This document shows positions 53,120 to 63,770 of a DNA stretch of 64,000 nucleotides, piece by piece. Both the position numbers and the translations under genes were made by a program. A model generated the notes under the pieces. It was not told the origin of the DNA. It was given only the letters and a program-made list of their open reading frames with translations, and did no database searches. How positions within the stretch are numbered: the stretch's first letter is position 1; every line of letters begins with the position of its first letter. Source of the DNA: Hydrolagus colliei (lineage: Eukaryota); contig CM068750.1 in assembly GCA_035084275.1 (NCBI GenBank), positions 9,982,001 to 10,046,000 on the forward strand. Reading direction: 5' to 3'.

Positions 53120-54687
53120 CTGAGCTCTGGTTTCTTCATGTTTACATGTCTCATTCCTAGTTTACTGCTTCAGTTCCACTGTCCATCAACACCTCTGTTC
53201 TCTCTGTGCACTGTGGAAAAAAAGCATGGAGTGATCTTTTATAGGGTTGCATTTTTTCACAAATAAAAACAAGCCAGCTGAAGCCCTTCTTAATCAGCCA
53301 AATACTTTATATAAATATGCTGTATAAACTTTTTTTTAATGTCTGTTCTACACAGGGGAAACATTTCAGCCTCTCTTAAAGGGACAGACAACCATACTAC
53401 TGCATGTGATATGTATCTTTTATTTTAATTTTCACACCGTTCTTTAAAAACCCTCAGGTTTTTGCAAACAAACTGCATTTTCCTTCATTCTGATTTCAGA
53501 GGTATGGTTAATATTTTTGTTGACTGTTCTGGCATTAGCCGAGCAATACATCAGTGTGCATGCATGCTGATTTCATTGCTATTTTTACCAAAACTACTGT
53601 TCAGATCTTCATGTCCATACAGCGGAACTACTGTTTATGTCTTTGTTAGCACGGACAAAAGCACAACATAAACAAGCTGGTTCCCCTACAGGGAATGAGG
53701 AAAAATCTTAAGAAATGAATCACCCAATGCACTCCAGGTTACCTCCGTGTAGCCAGTTTAGAAAGAAAACATAGGCGGAGGCTGCGCTCATGGGTTCTCA
53801 AGGCGAACCCAGAAGGTAGCAAGAAAAATTTATATTGTTGCAGAGGAGACAGAAATGCTGTAAGAAAACATTGTTATTGTTGTTCTGCCTCTCATTTTTT
53901 CACAAGCTTGGGCCTGATGTGCACTTTTCTTTCATTGCTAACCTCAAAGAGGCTGAAAACAACACATCAAAGACTTCACCGCTTCTGCATAGCCAAGTGT
54001 TAAAAATAAATACAAGTGGTGGACGAATGCTATTGTTATTCAAAACATAAACCATTTTCATTACATTGCTTTTCATTGGCAATACCTGGCTCTACATTGG
54101 AAAATGTACCCCATATATATTAACATACTCTCAATACACATCTGCAAGATAATAACATGAACAAATGCTATATTTTCTTATTGGCCAGACATTCTACAAT
54201 GTGTACAGGCTTGTGAGATTCTATCCAAGCTTGTCAGCCTACGACTTGTACATAGTTTGATCAAAGGATAATAGGCAAATTTTCAAATGAGCTGTGAGTC
54301 CACAAAAGAAACTCCAACCTTTTCTTGCAATTTGCCTTGTGGGGTTTATGGAGAATGTAGTGTATTTCAGCCATGAAGGAAGCTTTAGAAATTGGTAAAC
54401 TTTGAGGAATAATATCAGTATCAGAACTGTTGTGTTGTAAATCTAGAAGCATTTCATTGTGAAAAATATAGTATATTTTCTCTTGTTTGTTATCTTCAGA
54501 TAATGTATTTCCTGGAAGTTTGTGAAACAACTCATTGTTTTCACCTCTTCCCAAATATTCAGCTGGTGATTCAGATATTGAGAAGGGAAGCCTTTTAAGG
54601 GAAACTTAAAATTCCACAGCTTGCAGGAGACACAGCGTTTTGTCTAATGCTGATAAGCAGAAGGAATTAACCTTATAGTGCTGACAC

Positions 54688-54758
54688 TAAGCGCTCTGAG
54701 ACGTCGTCCGGCATGGAGGGCGCTATATAAATTGAAGTTGTTGTTGTTGTTGTTGTTG
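54688..54758 (+). mobile_element. Retroposon 3' end with (TTG)n tail (L2-type LINE or associated SINE)
   Basis: AAGCGCTCTGAGACGTCGTCCGGCATGGAGGGCGCTATATAAATTGAAG(TTG)n. Related reverse copies at ~52925-52985, ~27540-27600 and ~36947-37015, and a forward copy at ~1515-1585. Confidence 0.7.
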
Positions 54759-55220
54759 ACATTGTGAGGACACCTCCTTTTGTCATGTAACCGACCAGTC
54801 CTTGGTCAGGATCCTCCACAAGGGCAGATAATGTAATTTGGAGACAACAGGAATGGAGTACAGTACCTTTTTGCCAGAGGAAGTCAAAGTCATCGATTAC
54901 TGTACTTAACAAACACAAAACAACTGGAATTGTTTCAAAAGATGGGCAAAGAAAAGCTTTATGAATCCAAATCCCGATATGGGGTATGAACCTACAAACT
55001 TCTGATTCAGAGAGTAATGACAATTGAATCAGATTGATATCTAAATATTTGCATCATACCTAAAAATATGCAAATGTAATGCTATCTATAGTGAGTTCAT
55101 TTAATACCCTCTAAGTGGACACTACTGACAAGAACATACTTCTATGGGGGTACCCACTGAAGCTGAAGATGTGCCCTTAAAGCCTGACAATAGATAGCAC
55201 ACCAGCACTAAGCATGGAAT

Positions 55221-55520
55221 GGAGTCCTGTAGCTCAGTGGTTAAAGTCTTGCAAGAGAGACCTGAATTAGATTCCCGATGGGGTGAAATCTTACGAAAGT
55301 TTCCTTCTCCACACGCCTGATAGTAACTCCTCAAGACAAACAACAATAATAATTTGGTCACCCAATCTACAACTTTTTTGTGGGACTGCTGCGTGCAATT
55401 GGCTGCCGCATTTCGCCCACTAATACACAGTCAATTCAATTTACAGCATCTTCTGTGAAGTGCTTTGAGATGTCTAGAGGACATGAAAAATGCTGCATAA
55501 ATGCAAGGATTATTATTATT
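55221..55520 (+). mobile_element. tRNA-derived SINE, family A, short variant
   Basis: GGAGTCCTGTAGCTCAGTGG head, AATTGGCTGCCGCATTTCGCCCAC body, ATGCAAGGATTATTATTATT tail. Confidence 0.9.
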
Positions 55521-56948
55521 CATTCGTATAAGTTTCTCAATTGGGAAAGACATTTCACATCTAGACACAGGGTAAAGCCATCTGTGTCAGAACTGCCAGC
55601 TTGGCAGCAATGAGAAAAGCTTTGTAAGCTTGTTATGCATTGGATTGAATTGAGTATTTTGCATTGTGTTTTCCTTTTCAAAGACAGCCAAATTTCCCCA
55701 TGAAGGAACAGAATGTCAAACATTGAAAAGAAATGATGGGCTCCACGCGCCAAGTGACCACCTATTATTATTTCTGTTATTCCCTGTTACTTCTGTGTTA
55801 TTTAATGAATTTAAGATTAAATTTTATTTAATTTCACAATAATTTCCCCAAATGTCTGATGGGATTCTTGTTACACTGACCTTGTATTAACCTTCAAAGT
55901 GCCTTGGCTTGGTTGATGGTATGGAAATCTTCTGTTTGACACTATTCACGAACCACAAGAGCTGCTCAACCATGTGGATATATGTCTATGGTGATAAGTC
56001 ACTTTATATGAATCATAAATGAGCCAGTATATATCCTGTAAAGTACATCCTTCAGTTGCACTCACTACTAAAGAATACTCTATAGAATCATGCGAAGACT
56101 ACTGTTATATGTGGGTGATGGTGTGGTTCAAGGCCTTCATACTCTGAAAAATATTTGTTTCTAAGATAATCTACAGATGATCAGGAACTCTGCTATAGTA
56201 AGGAATCAAGATCAGCCCAAGATCAAGCTCTTCTGCACATCTAATATTCTCCTCTAATTTACATGATTCTTGAATAATGGTGAACTGGGATAAAATAAAA
56301 TTTGGATGGTTGTCACACTCCTTAGGAAGTTGCTAATGACTTGTTGATATCTAAGATGTCAAGTGGAAGACAATATGGCAACATTCCCCATGTTCAGGGA
56401 ACTTCAAATGCAAAATATGTTTTTGATTTGTACGAAATTGCTTCTACAGTCAAAAGCAGCCGTGTGATGATTTGGCACATTGGACTGTTGTTTGTTGCAC
56501 ATTGTTGTTTGTGGAATTATATTAAGAGCTGTACAACCAAGTAAGCCGGTGTAAAATACCACAGTTAAAACATTTGTATAGGTTGTTATTATTGTTGTTG
56601 TTGATTTTGCTACTTATTCTCTTTAAAAAAACAGATAATAAGACAGTGAGATACTGTATCGTTTTAGTTTGGATCAAACAGCAACAATAACAACATGCAT
56701 TGACATAACGCCTTATATGTACGATAAACACCCCTAAATTGTTTACAAATACTATAAAATGGCTTGGAAATGAAATTGAATGTTGTGGTTTGGGCAGCGC
56801 ACAGCTGCCAGCAACATGCTCTAAACAAGCGATCACTGGTCCATTCATTCAAGGGTAAATCTCTGGATGAGGAGAGAAAATCACAACTCAGGAATATTAA
56901 AGAAATTAAAAGAATTAGTGAATGTTTCGACTATTTAACAGGCCAACA

Positions 56949-56970
56949 CCCCCCCCCCCCCCCCCCCCCC
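56949..56970. repeat. Poly-C tract (22 nt)
   Basis: Direct reading. Confidence 0.95.
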
Positions 56971-57015
56971 TTTGCCTGATCTCTGAATATTGACATTTGA
57001 GTTCCCATGCTGTAA

Positions 57016-57112
57016 TTAATAATAATCATCCTTGCAATAATCCTTAATAATAAAAATCCTTGCATTTAAAATAGCGCATTTCACGTTTTCTAGACGTCTC
57101 AAAGTGCTTCAC
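57016..57112 (-). mobile_element. SINE 3' tail remnant with reiterated terminus
   Basis: ATCCTTGCAATAATCCTTAATAATAAAAATCCTTGCATTT...GACGTCTCAAAGTGCTTCAC. Confidence 0.78.
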
Positions 57113-57187
57113 TTAATAAACTACATCAAAGTGGGATCTGGGATGTTAATTTGCAGTTCACCAGTTGTTCGCCTACGATATACTTAC

Positions 57188-57216
57188 TGTGTGTGTGTGT
57201 GTGTGCGTGTGTGTGT
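57188..57216. repeat. (TG)n microsatellite
   Basis: Direct reading. Confidence 0.9.
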
Positions 57217-57393
57217 ACGTGCCTGCGCGCGCTTTGATTTATCCTCCCGACATCAAATTATATTTCATGACGATTGTCAATCCACCAGATCAATTGACAT
57301 CATGGCCATCTGCGGGACATTGTTGTGCGCAGGTGTGCAGCCCCGCGCTCACCTATTGGAAGACTTTTGCAGGATAACGTAAGTGCAGAATCA

Positions 57394-57446
57394 CAACAAC
57401 AACAATAATAAACCTTGCATTTGATATAGCGCCTTATCACGTCATA
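57394..57446 (-). mobile_element. SINE 3' tail remnant
   Basis: (CAA)n AATAAACCTTGCATTTGATATAGCGCCTTATCACGTC. Confidence 0.75.
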
Positions 57447-57644
57447 ACACCGTAATACATTATTAGACATTATATATTATCACGAATTCTAACACGATTG
57501 ATAGAAGTGTCCCAGGAAATCTGTTGAAGTGCAGTGTTCTCAGGTGATGCGATGGTAACCTGGCAACTTCTCCCCGCCCTCCTTGGTATTTTTTTGTTGG
57601 TGAAACTGAAAATGTGTACAGCACCTCCCCTTTAAGCAGACAGA

Positions 57645-57885
57645 TAGTCGGCCGCTTCCTTCGCCTCCATTTTCCCAGCAGTGCGGGGAGAGCGGCTCCG
57701 GCTCTGACTCCGGCTCTGACGTGCGCCATGTGCCGGGCCCCCGGGGGGGTGGGGGGTGAGGGGGGAAGGGGGGGTGGGGGGAAGCCTGGCTGGCGGCGGC
57801 GCTTCAGCTGTCACTGCTTCCGAGGAGGCGGTGCGAGGGCAGCCTGACAGCAGACCGGTGGTGGGGGGTCCTGGCTCTGAGGCCC
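57645..57885. promoter_or_regulatory. CpG-rich/GC-rich island ~1.1 kb upstream of DPH6; probable promoter element, possibly bidirectional
   Basis: The most CpG-dense segment of an otherwise CpG-depleted window. Contains CGCTTCC (ETS-like), CTCCATTTT (YY1-like), TGACGT (CRE half site), a tandem CTCCGGCTCTGA x2 and G-runs. Confidence 0.6.
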
Positions 57886-57938
57886 TCACACTGTGTATGT
57901 GTGTCTGTGTATGACAGACAGAACGGGGGTGGGGGGAG

Positions 57939-58303
57939 AGATACAGCCGGAGAGAGAGAGTGGGTGGGGGTGGGTGGGTGATAGATACAGCCACAGAGAG
58001 AGAGGGGGTGGGGGAGTGATAGATACAACCAGAGAGAGGGAAAGATACAGCCAGACAGGAGAGTTACAACCAGAGAGAGGGGGAGTGAAACAGCCAGAGA
58101 GAGAGAGAGAGAGATACAGCCAGAGAGTGTGACTTACAATTAGACAGATACAGCCAGAGAGAGTGAAAGTGAGAGACAAACTGCCAGACACACACACACA
58201 GAGCAGGAGAGAGCGACAACCTCAAATACAGCATGTGAGACAGAGAGTGAGATACAACGAGGGAGAAAGGGAGATACAACCTGAGAGACAGAGTGTAGTG
58301 TGC
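57939..58303. repeat. Degenerate GA/GT-rich repeat built on the GATACAGCCAGAGAG core
   Basis: Recurrent GATACAGCC/GATACAACC motifs separated by (GA)n and G-runs. Confidence 0.8.
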
Positions 58304-58665
58304 CTGTGTGTGATGCAGCCAGAGAGTATGCCAGTGTGTGATACAGCCAGAGAGTATGCCAGTGTGTGATACAGCCAGAGAGTGTGCCAGTGTGTGATAC
58401 AGCCAGAGAGTATGCCAGTGTGTGATACAGCCAGAGAGTGTGCCAGTGTGTGATACAGTCAGAGAGTATGCCAGTGTGTGATACAGCCAGAGAGTGTGCC
58501 AGTGTGTGATACAGCCAGAGAGTGTGCCAGTGTGTGATACAGCCAGAGAGTGTGCCAGTGCTGTCGATACAGCCAGTGTGTGATACAGCCAGAGAGTGTG
58601 CCAGTGTGTGATACAGCCATAGAGTGCCAGTGTTGTGGGTACAGCCAGTGTGTGATGCAGCCAGA
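58304..58665. repeat. 28-bp minisatellite (GTGTGTGATACAGCCAGAGAGTRTGCCA), about 9 near-perfect copies plus partial copies
   Basis: Period of 28 read directly (AGAGAGTATG at 58321 and 58349). Degenerate GATACAGCCAGAGAG cores extend left to ~57939. Confidence 0.95.
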
Positions 58666-58738
58666 AAGGGAGAGAGAGTATTGAGACACCGCCAGAGAGA
58701 GTTAGAGCATATGTATGTGAGATACAGAGAGTGAGTGG

Positions 58739-58740
<2 letters not shown>

Positions 58741-58788
<48 letters not shown>

Positions 58789-58789
58789 T
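58741..58789. repeat. (TA)n followed by (CA)n microsatellite
   Basis: Direct reading. Confidence 0.95.
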
Positions 58790-58945
58790 ACTGTATAAGA
58801 GAGAGATAGGCACACTGAGATACAGTGTGATACAGTGTGTGAGATTCGCTGAAATACGGTGAGAGAGACTGAGATACACGGTTAGACTCTGGACGGTGCA
58901 GGCACTGAGGAAGACACATTGAACCTAAAACGGCGAAACGGCACC

Positions 58946-58968
58946 ATGAAAGTAGTTGCTTTGATCAG
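58946..58968 (+). CDS. DPH6: DPH6 coding exon 1 (MKVVALIS, phase-2 donor)
   Basis: GCACCATG Kozak context. Reads ATG AAA GTA GTT GCT TTG ATC AG|GTAACT and joins exon 2 to give MKVVALISGGKDS, the PP-loop ATPase motif of DPH6/ATPBD4. Confidence 0.96.
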
Positions 58969-60133
58969 GTAACTGAAGCAGCCACTCTAGTTGCCTCTGT
59001 TGCTGTCAGGGTATATTGACTGGCTCAGTTCGGAAACTGACATTCGGAGTTTGGGCTCTGAAATGTTTGTTTAAGGAAGGAACAAGATAGAGGCTCATAA
59101 CACATCTACAAATTATTTCATCCGTTTAAATGTTGAAAAGGTTGTGTTTTTAATTAATTTTATTCTGATATTTAAAGTCTGGTGCAAAATTTACTCAGCA
59201 GAAGAATAATAGGTCTTCTTTGACGAGCGACACACGTTTGTGATTAATGTTATTGGCATTAAACATCAGATGAATACAGTATAATTGCTTTAATCCAAAT
59301 CTTACCAAATAAACTGAAATTTCACCTGGGGAGGATGACATTTTTTCCTTTTGTTAGCCGGGAGTCTGACAAAAATTGCTTGCTCTTTATCAGTGAAAAC
59401 AATGTAAAGTACATTTGAGTGTATGAAATGGTACCTAATCCTTAAATGTATCCTAACAGTATTTACATTTGAAAAAAATCTTTAAAATCCTTCATTAGCT
59501 TTTGCCTTGCATTAGTAAAAGATATTGAACAGAAACTAATGAAACCACATGTTTAATGCTAAAGATTAGTTTTTAGACAGTGTTAAAGATGAGAGGCAAA
59601 TAATTTGCTGAATTGATGACATATTGCAAGACTATTACTGTATGTAACATAATACATTGTGCCAGATCCTACCTTGGAAACTCATTGTTATATTAAAAAC
59701 ATAGCAGCACCGGAGGAGGCCTTTCAACACATTGAGCTTGTTCCACTATTATTTGGATACATTATTAAGCAATTGCTTTTCTACCCATTAAGGTATTTTT
59801 TTACACTGACCGAATGAATGTTTTTCTGTAACCTTTTTGTTCACTTCCTCTACAAGTCTAATAAAGAATTAAATAACACACCGGCACCGAAATTGATAAT
59901 CTGGGTTAAAATGAATTGAAATAATTGCAGAATTTACCCCTACAATTAACAGGACCAAATGCGTACGTGTCTATATATTTGAAGCATAAAATGCACTAAA
60001 TCCATAAATTGCATATCACAACTCATTTGTTGTCATGTGTGAGTAAATATGTAATAGTCATAATGACAGAATTGCTGTTAGTCTGATGTGGTCTAGTGGA
60101 AAGATATTGATTTTAATTAAATTCTCTTTGTAG

Positions 60134-60228
60134 TGGTGGGAAGGACAGTTGTTACAACATGATGCAGTGTGTGGCAGCTGGGCACGAGCTTGTGGCATTG
60201 GCTAATTTAAAGCCTGTTGATCATAAAG
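60134..60228 (+). CDS. DPH6: DPH6 coding exon 2 (95 nt; (S)GGKDSCYNMMQCVAAGHELVALANLKPVDHK)
   Basis: Acceptor ttctctttgtag| and donor AAAG|GTAAGC. Translation closely matches the recalled vertebrate DPH6 N-terminus (SGGKDSCYNMMQC.AAGH..VALANL.P). Confidence 0.97.
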
Positions 60229-60666
60229 GTAAGCTTCTTTTGTTACTGTCAGATATTAAGCAATTTAAATTTCAACAACCGAAGTGTTGATCCCAATTGA
60301 TTCAGTGAGACTGTATTGAGATGGGGCAAAAGCATTTTTGGCCCTTTTCATATCTAAAAGCAAAGAAAAGTCCTTGGTTAACATTGCTACACACAATATA
60401 TGTGTCTGAACAATTCTCCATTCATTAGAATTCCTATATATGTGAGAAAAACGTTCTGTGACCTACGTTTGAGAACCAAGATCAAGTTGTGAGGTGGATT
60501 TATGATAGAAAGAAAATGCTACTGGATGATTGGACAGGCAGTGGGTAGAATACTCGTCCATCCTGGACTGTCATTTTGCATGTGGGTACAGAGTCACAAG
60601 GTCACAGCCATATAGCACGTATGTTTTTTCAGCTGAAGCCACATATGTGACATGGATTAGGTTTCA

Positions 60667-61073
60667 GCCTGGCTCAATTGATGGCTCACTTACCTCTGAG
60701 TCAGATATTTATGGGTTCAAATCCCACGACTGGACTTTGCACTTACTGAAACCTATAGGATGATTGTCTAATAAAATGCTCAAGGAGCACTAATTGTTGA
60801 GGTGTTGTTGTTTGGATGAGTCTTATTTGCCAGTTCAAGTGCACATTTACAGGTCCCATGGCATAATTTAGAAAGAGAAGGGAGTTTATCTGGTATCTTG
60901 GCTAGCAATGCCCCAGATTAATTAGGCATGCAAATCACTGCTGTTTATGGGATATTGCTATTTATGATAAATTTGGCTGTTGCATTTGTCTACATAATCA
61001 CAATCATTACACTTTACAGTAAATCCTATGAAACACTTTGAAGTATTATATCAAATGCAAAGATTTGCATTAT
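60667..61073 (+). mobile_element. Older tRNA-derived Deu-domain-like SINE (family B), near full length, in DPH6 intron 2
   Basis: GGCTCAATTG...CCTCTGAGTCAGA...GGGTTCAAATCCCAC head, TTTGGATGAG...GTCCCATGGCA...GGGAGTTT core and ATCAAATGCAA tail. Resembles recalled DeuSINE (SacSINE1/AmnSINE1-like) consensus. Confidence 0.75.
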
Positions 61074-62834
61074 TAAGCAATTGCTATTCAACAAACCTGG
61101 TTGTTGGACTTTGATCCCAAGAATGTCAAAGAACACCGTCTCCTCTCTATGGCAAAACCTTCGTACTCAAGGATCAAACAGGTGTTTAGGAAAACCTTTC
61201 CTCCCATGTTCCTTCCATCATTACCTCTGAATCAGAATGCAACAATACCATGGATTGTTGTCTCAGACCCGGGGAGAACTTGGTTCTCTTTCCGAATGGT
61301 CTTGGGGGATCTTTATAGACTTTGAATTGGTCTTTGAATTGGTGAATTTTTTAAAAATCCCTTGTGTTTCTGACCGGACTTTCCACCCGTTCTCTGCTGC
61401 CAGCATTGGATAGCATTTCTGTTCTAAAAACTGACAGCGGTTGTTTTAATATTTTAATACACTGCCTAGTGCCAATACTGTAAAATGCATGAAGTAGGTG
61501 CAGTGCTGAGAACTTACTCATTGTAAAATGGTATGGTTGTAACATTTCATGTAATACAGTACAATGGTTTCCATCTGCAGCCTGGGAACTGGGGATTTTA
61601 CTCAAATATGATTGGAGTATCAGCTGCACATTTTATACTGAAGAACATTATGAACATAAGAATGCTACATTAGAGAACAGAAATCACTGGAACTCAATTC
61701 ATGACATCAAAATCAGTCCCAAATACAGTACAGTACTATCAAAGTAAACCATGGCCAACGGTCACCTGCTCAAGAAGCCAACAACATGTTTTCTTCTGAA
61801 ACAGACAAAGAATTGGACTGAAATCTTTAAATTCAAGATTCTGACTGCCTGTAACAGAGAAGAGCCTCTGCATGAGATCAATTATAAGAGATATATTATT
61901 TACCTCTTATTAAAATAGACCCTGGTAAAAGATCTTTTTCATTCCAGGGAGTCACTGAATGGAATAGAATCTCCCTGTGGTTAATGCAATTGGGATAGGA
62001 TTTGCCAATTTGAGAGACGATGGGAAGTCTACTGAGGAAACAAATTTGGAATAATTAAAATGAAGTGCGGTCATTTTTCAAAGAGCAGTGTTCAAACTAT
62101 ACTTTTAGGTCCTAAGGTACAAAGACGAAGTAGGTCTTAGGGATGATTTCAACAGTTTTGTTGAAAAAAGTTTAACGAGATTGATCTTATCATTGTTTTT
62201 CTTCTCCCTTGTTTAAATGATGAGATGTATGACATCATTGTGGAGCTAGTTTGGAAGAGTTACTGATCCAGAGAATGTTATAAAGCTGAATTAGATTAAC
62301 AAGATAAAATCATTAACACAGGGTGCTTCAGGGGTCTTGCCATTTCAACTGTGTAGGTTAATTCAGTTCCCTCACAGTCTGCTTGAGTAACTATTTTATG
62401 ATGATTATGGCACTCACAATATAAGCAGAAATATACATTTAAAAACATTTAAGAAGTTAAATTTCACAGTTCTGTCAACTGGGGGTTGAGTGGATTGCAC
62501 ACTACTGTTATTTCAAATAACTAGGAAGTTAATCCCAAAATAATTAGAATTCTGACCTCACCCATTCTCTTCTCCACTTTACTGCATCCCCTGTGCCTCC
62601 TGTACAAGCTTTTTATTTGTTATGTATAATGTTTGTCATAACATTTTGACGAACTGTAGGTCAATAAACAGGGCAGAAAGCCAGCTTGCTTTCTGTGTGC
62701 AATCCCAGTGAATGCAAAAGCCTGACTGGTGATTATGCCTTTATTATAGTGCTGTTTAAAATTTTATGGACACTCCACCCCCAACACCCAATTAGCATTC
62801 TACTTTGAAGTTCTGTTATCCCACCTTGTTTAAT

Positions 62835-63188
62835 GATGTAGCACTCTCAACTCTAGGTCAGGAGGTTGTGGTTGCTAGCCTGGGTTGAGCCTTGGGTTCA
62901 TAAACCTGACACTGCAGTGCATTATTTGTGGAGTGCTATATTGTTGGATGAAATGTTAGATACTAAGGTCCCATCTATCTGGTCAAGTGTTTGTTCTTGA
63001 TGTTCCCACGATATTGCTCAAAAGGAGAATGGACTTTCTTCTGGTTCCTTGGTCAACGATCCTTTGGAATAATTGGTCACTCACGTCTCGACTGATAATG
63101 TGTATTTACTGTCATATTTTCTAATAGAAAAGTCAGTTAAGATCAATTTCACGTGCAAGGCTTTGAGACATTTTGTGTGATGGCATTG
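62835..63188 (+). mobile_element. Degenerate Deu-domain-like SINE (family B)
   Basis: GTAGCACTCTC...GTCAGGAGGTTGTG head, CTGACACTGCAGTGCA, TTGGATGAAATGTTA and GCTTTGAGACAT 3' part. Confidence 0.65.
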
Positions 63189-63197
63189 ATAATAATA

Positions 63198-63417
63198 CAA
63201 TAAAACCCCGTTTATCCGTGACCCGATTAACCATAACTTCCGTATAACCGGCACCTTGAAAAAAAAGGTCCGCATTCGATTAACCGGAATTTATTCGGAA
63301 AAATGCATTATTTATTTAAAAATATATATATTTTTTGTGTTTTCAGCCGAATATCCGGCATGCCTTTTAACCAGCATTGGTCAGGTCTGAGGATGCCGGA
63401 TAAATGGGCTTTTACTG
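63198..63417. mobile_element. 220-bp non-autonomous DNA transposon (MITE), Tc1/mariner-pogo/Tigger type
   Basis: TA on both sides (63196-63197, 63418-63419). Left end CAATAAAACCCCGTTTATCCG matches the reverse complement of the right end, CAGTAAAAGCCCATTTATCCG, at 18/21 positions. Confidence 0.85.
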
Positions 63418-63515
63418 TAATAGTAATCCTTGCATTACATATAGCGCCTTATCACGTCTTTGAGATGATTCAAAGTGCTTTGCAGAATACTGTAAAGTGA
63501 ATATTTTGTGAACAA
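63418..63515 (-). mobile_element. SINE 3' tail remnant whose (TAA)n tail received the MITE
   Basis: TAATCCTTGCATTACATATAGCGCCTTATCACGTC...CAAAGTGCTTTGCAGAATACTGTAAAGTGAAT. Confidence 0.78.
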
Positions 63516-63585
63516 AATTCTATTGATTCATTCAATGTCTTCAGCATCTCAAGTTGTTTCCTTGTCTGGTTTTTTATTCCTGCAG

Positions 63586-63770
63586 ATGAACTTGACAGTT
63601 ACATGTACCAGACGGTGGGACATCAGATAATAGATCTGTACTCTGAAGCCATTGGCCTCCCACTATACCGTCATACAATCCAGGGTAGCAGCCTAGCAAT
63701 TGGAAGAGAATACACCAAATGTGAAGGAGATGAAGTGGAAGATCTCTACTATTTACTGAAGCAAGTTAAG
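63586..63770 (+). CDS. DPH6: DPH6 coding exon 3 (185 nt; (D)ELDSYMYQTVGHQIIDLYSEAIGLPLYRHTIQGSSLAIGREYTKCEGDEVEDLYYLLKQVK)
   Basis: Acceptor tttttattcctgcag| and donor AAG|GTATGA. Phase is consistent with exon 2. Contains the DELDSYMYQTVG and GDEVEDL motifs characteristic of DPH6. Gene continues beyond the window. Confidence 0.97.

Noticed and set aside
53066-53128. C/D-box snoRNA (ATGATA...CTGA)
   Set aside because: The C box lacks the required terminal GA (ATGATAC), the D box is missing in the other copy, and there is no evident host intron.
185-56979. The many 60-128 aa ORFs in the desert
   Set aside because: Lengths and compositions are as expected for random AT-rich DNA, many start at non-ATG codons, and none shows recognisable homology.
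57463-57994. ORFs across the CpG island
   Set aside because: Low-complexity G/P/R-rich translations expected from GC-rich DNA; no recognisable protein.
58304-58665. Regular 28-bp repeats as a CRISPR array
   Set aside because: The units are head-to-tail with no unique spacers, there are no cas genes, and the context is eukaryotic.
58064-58879. 271-aa minus-strand ORF (longest in the track)
   Set aside because: It is a translation of the 28-bp minisatellite and (TA)n tract: repetitive HTLAVSHTG units with no domain.
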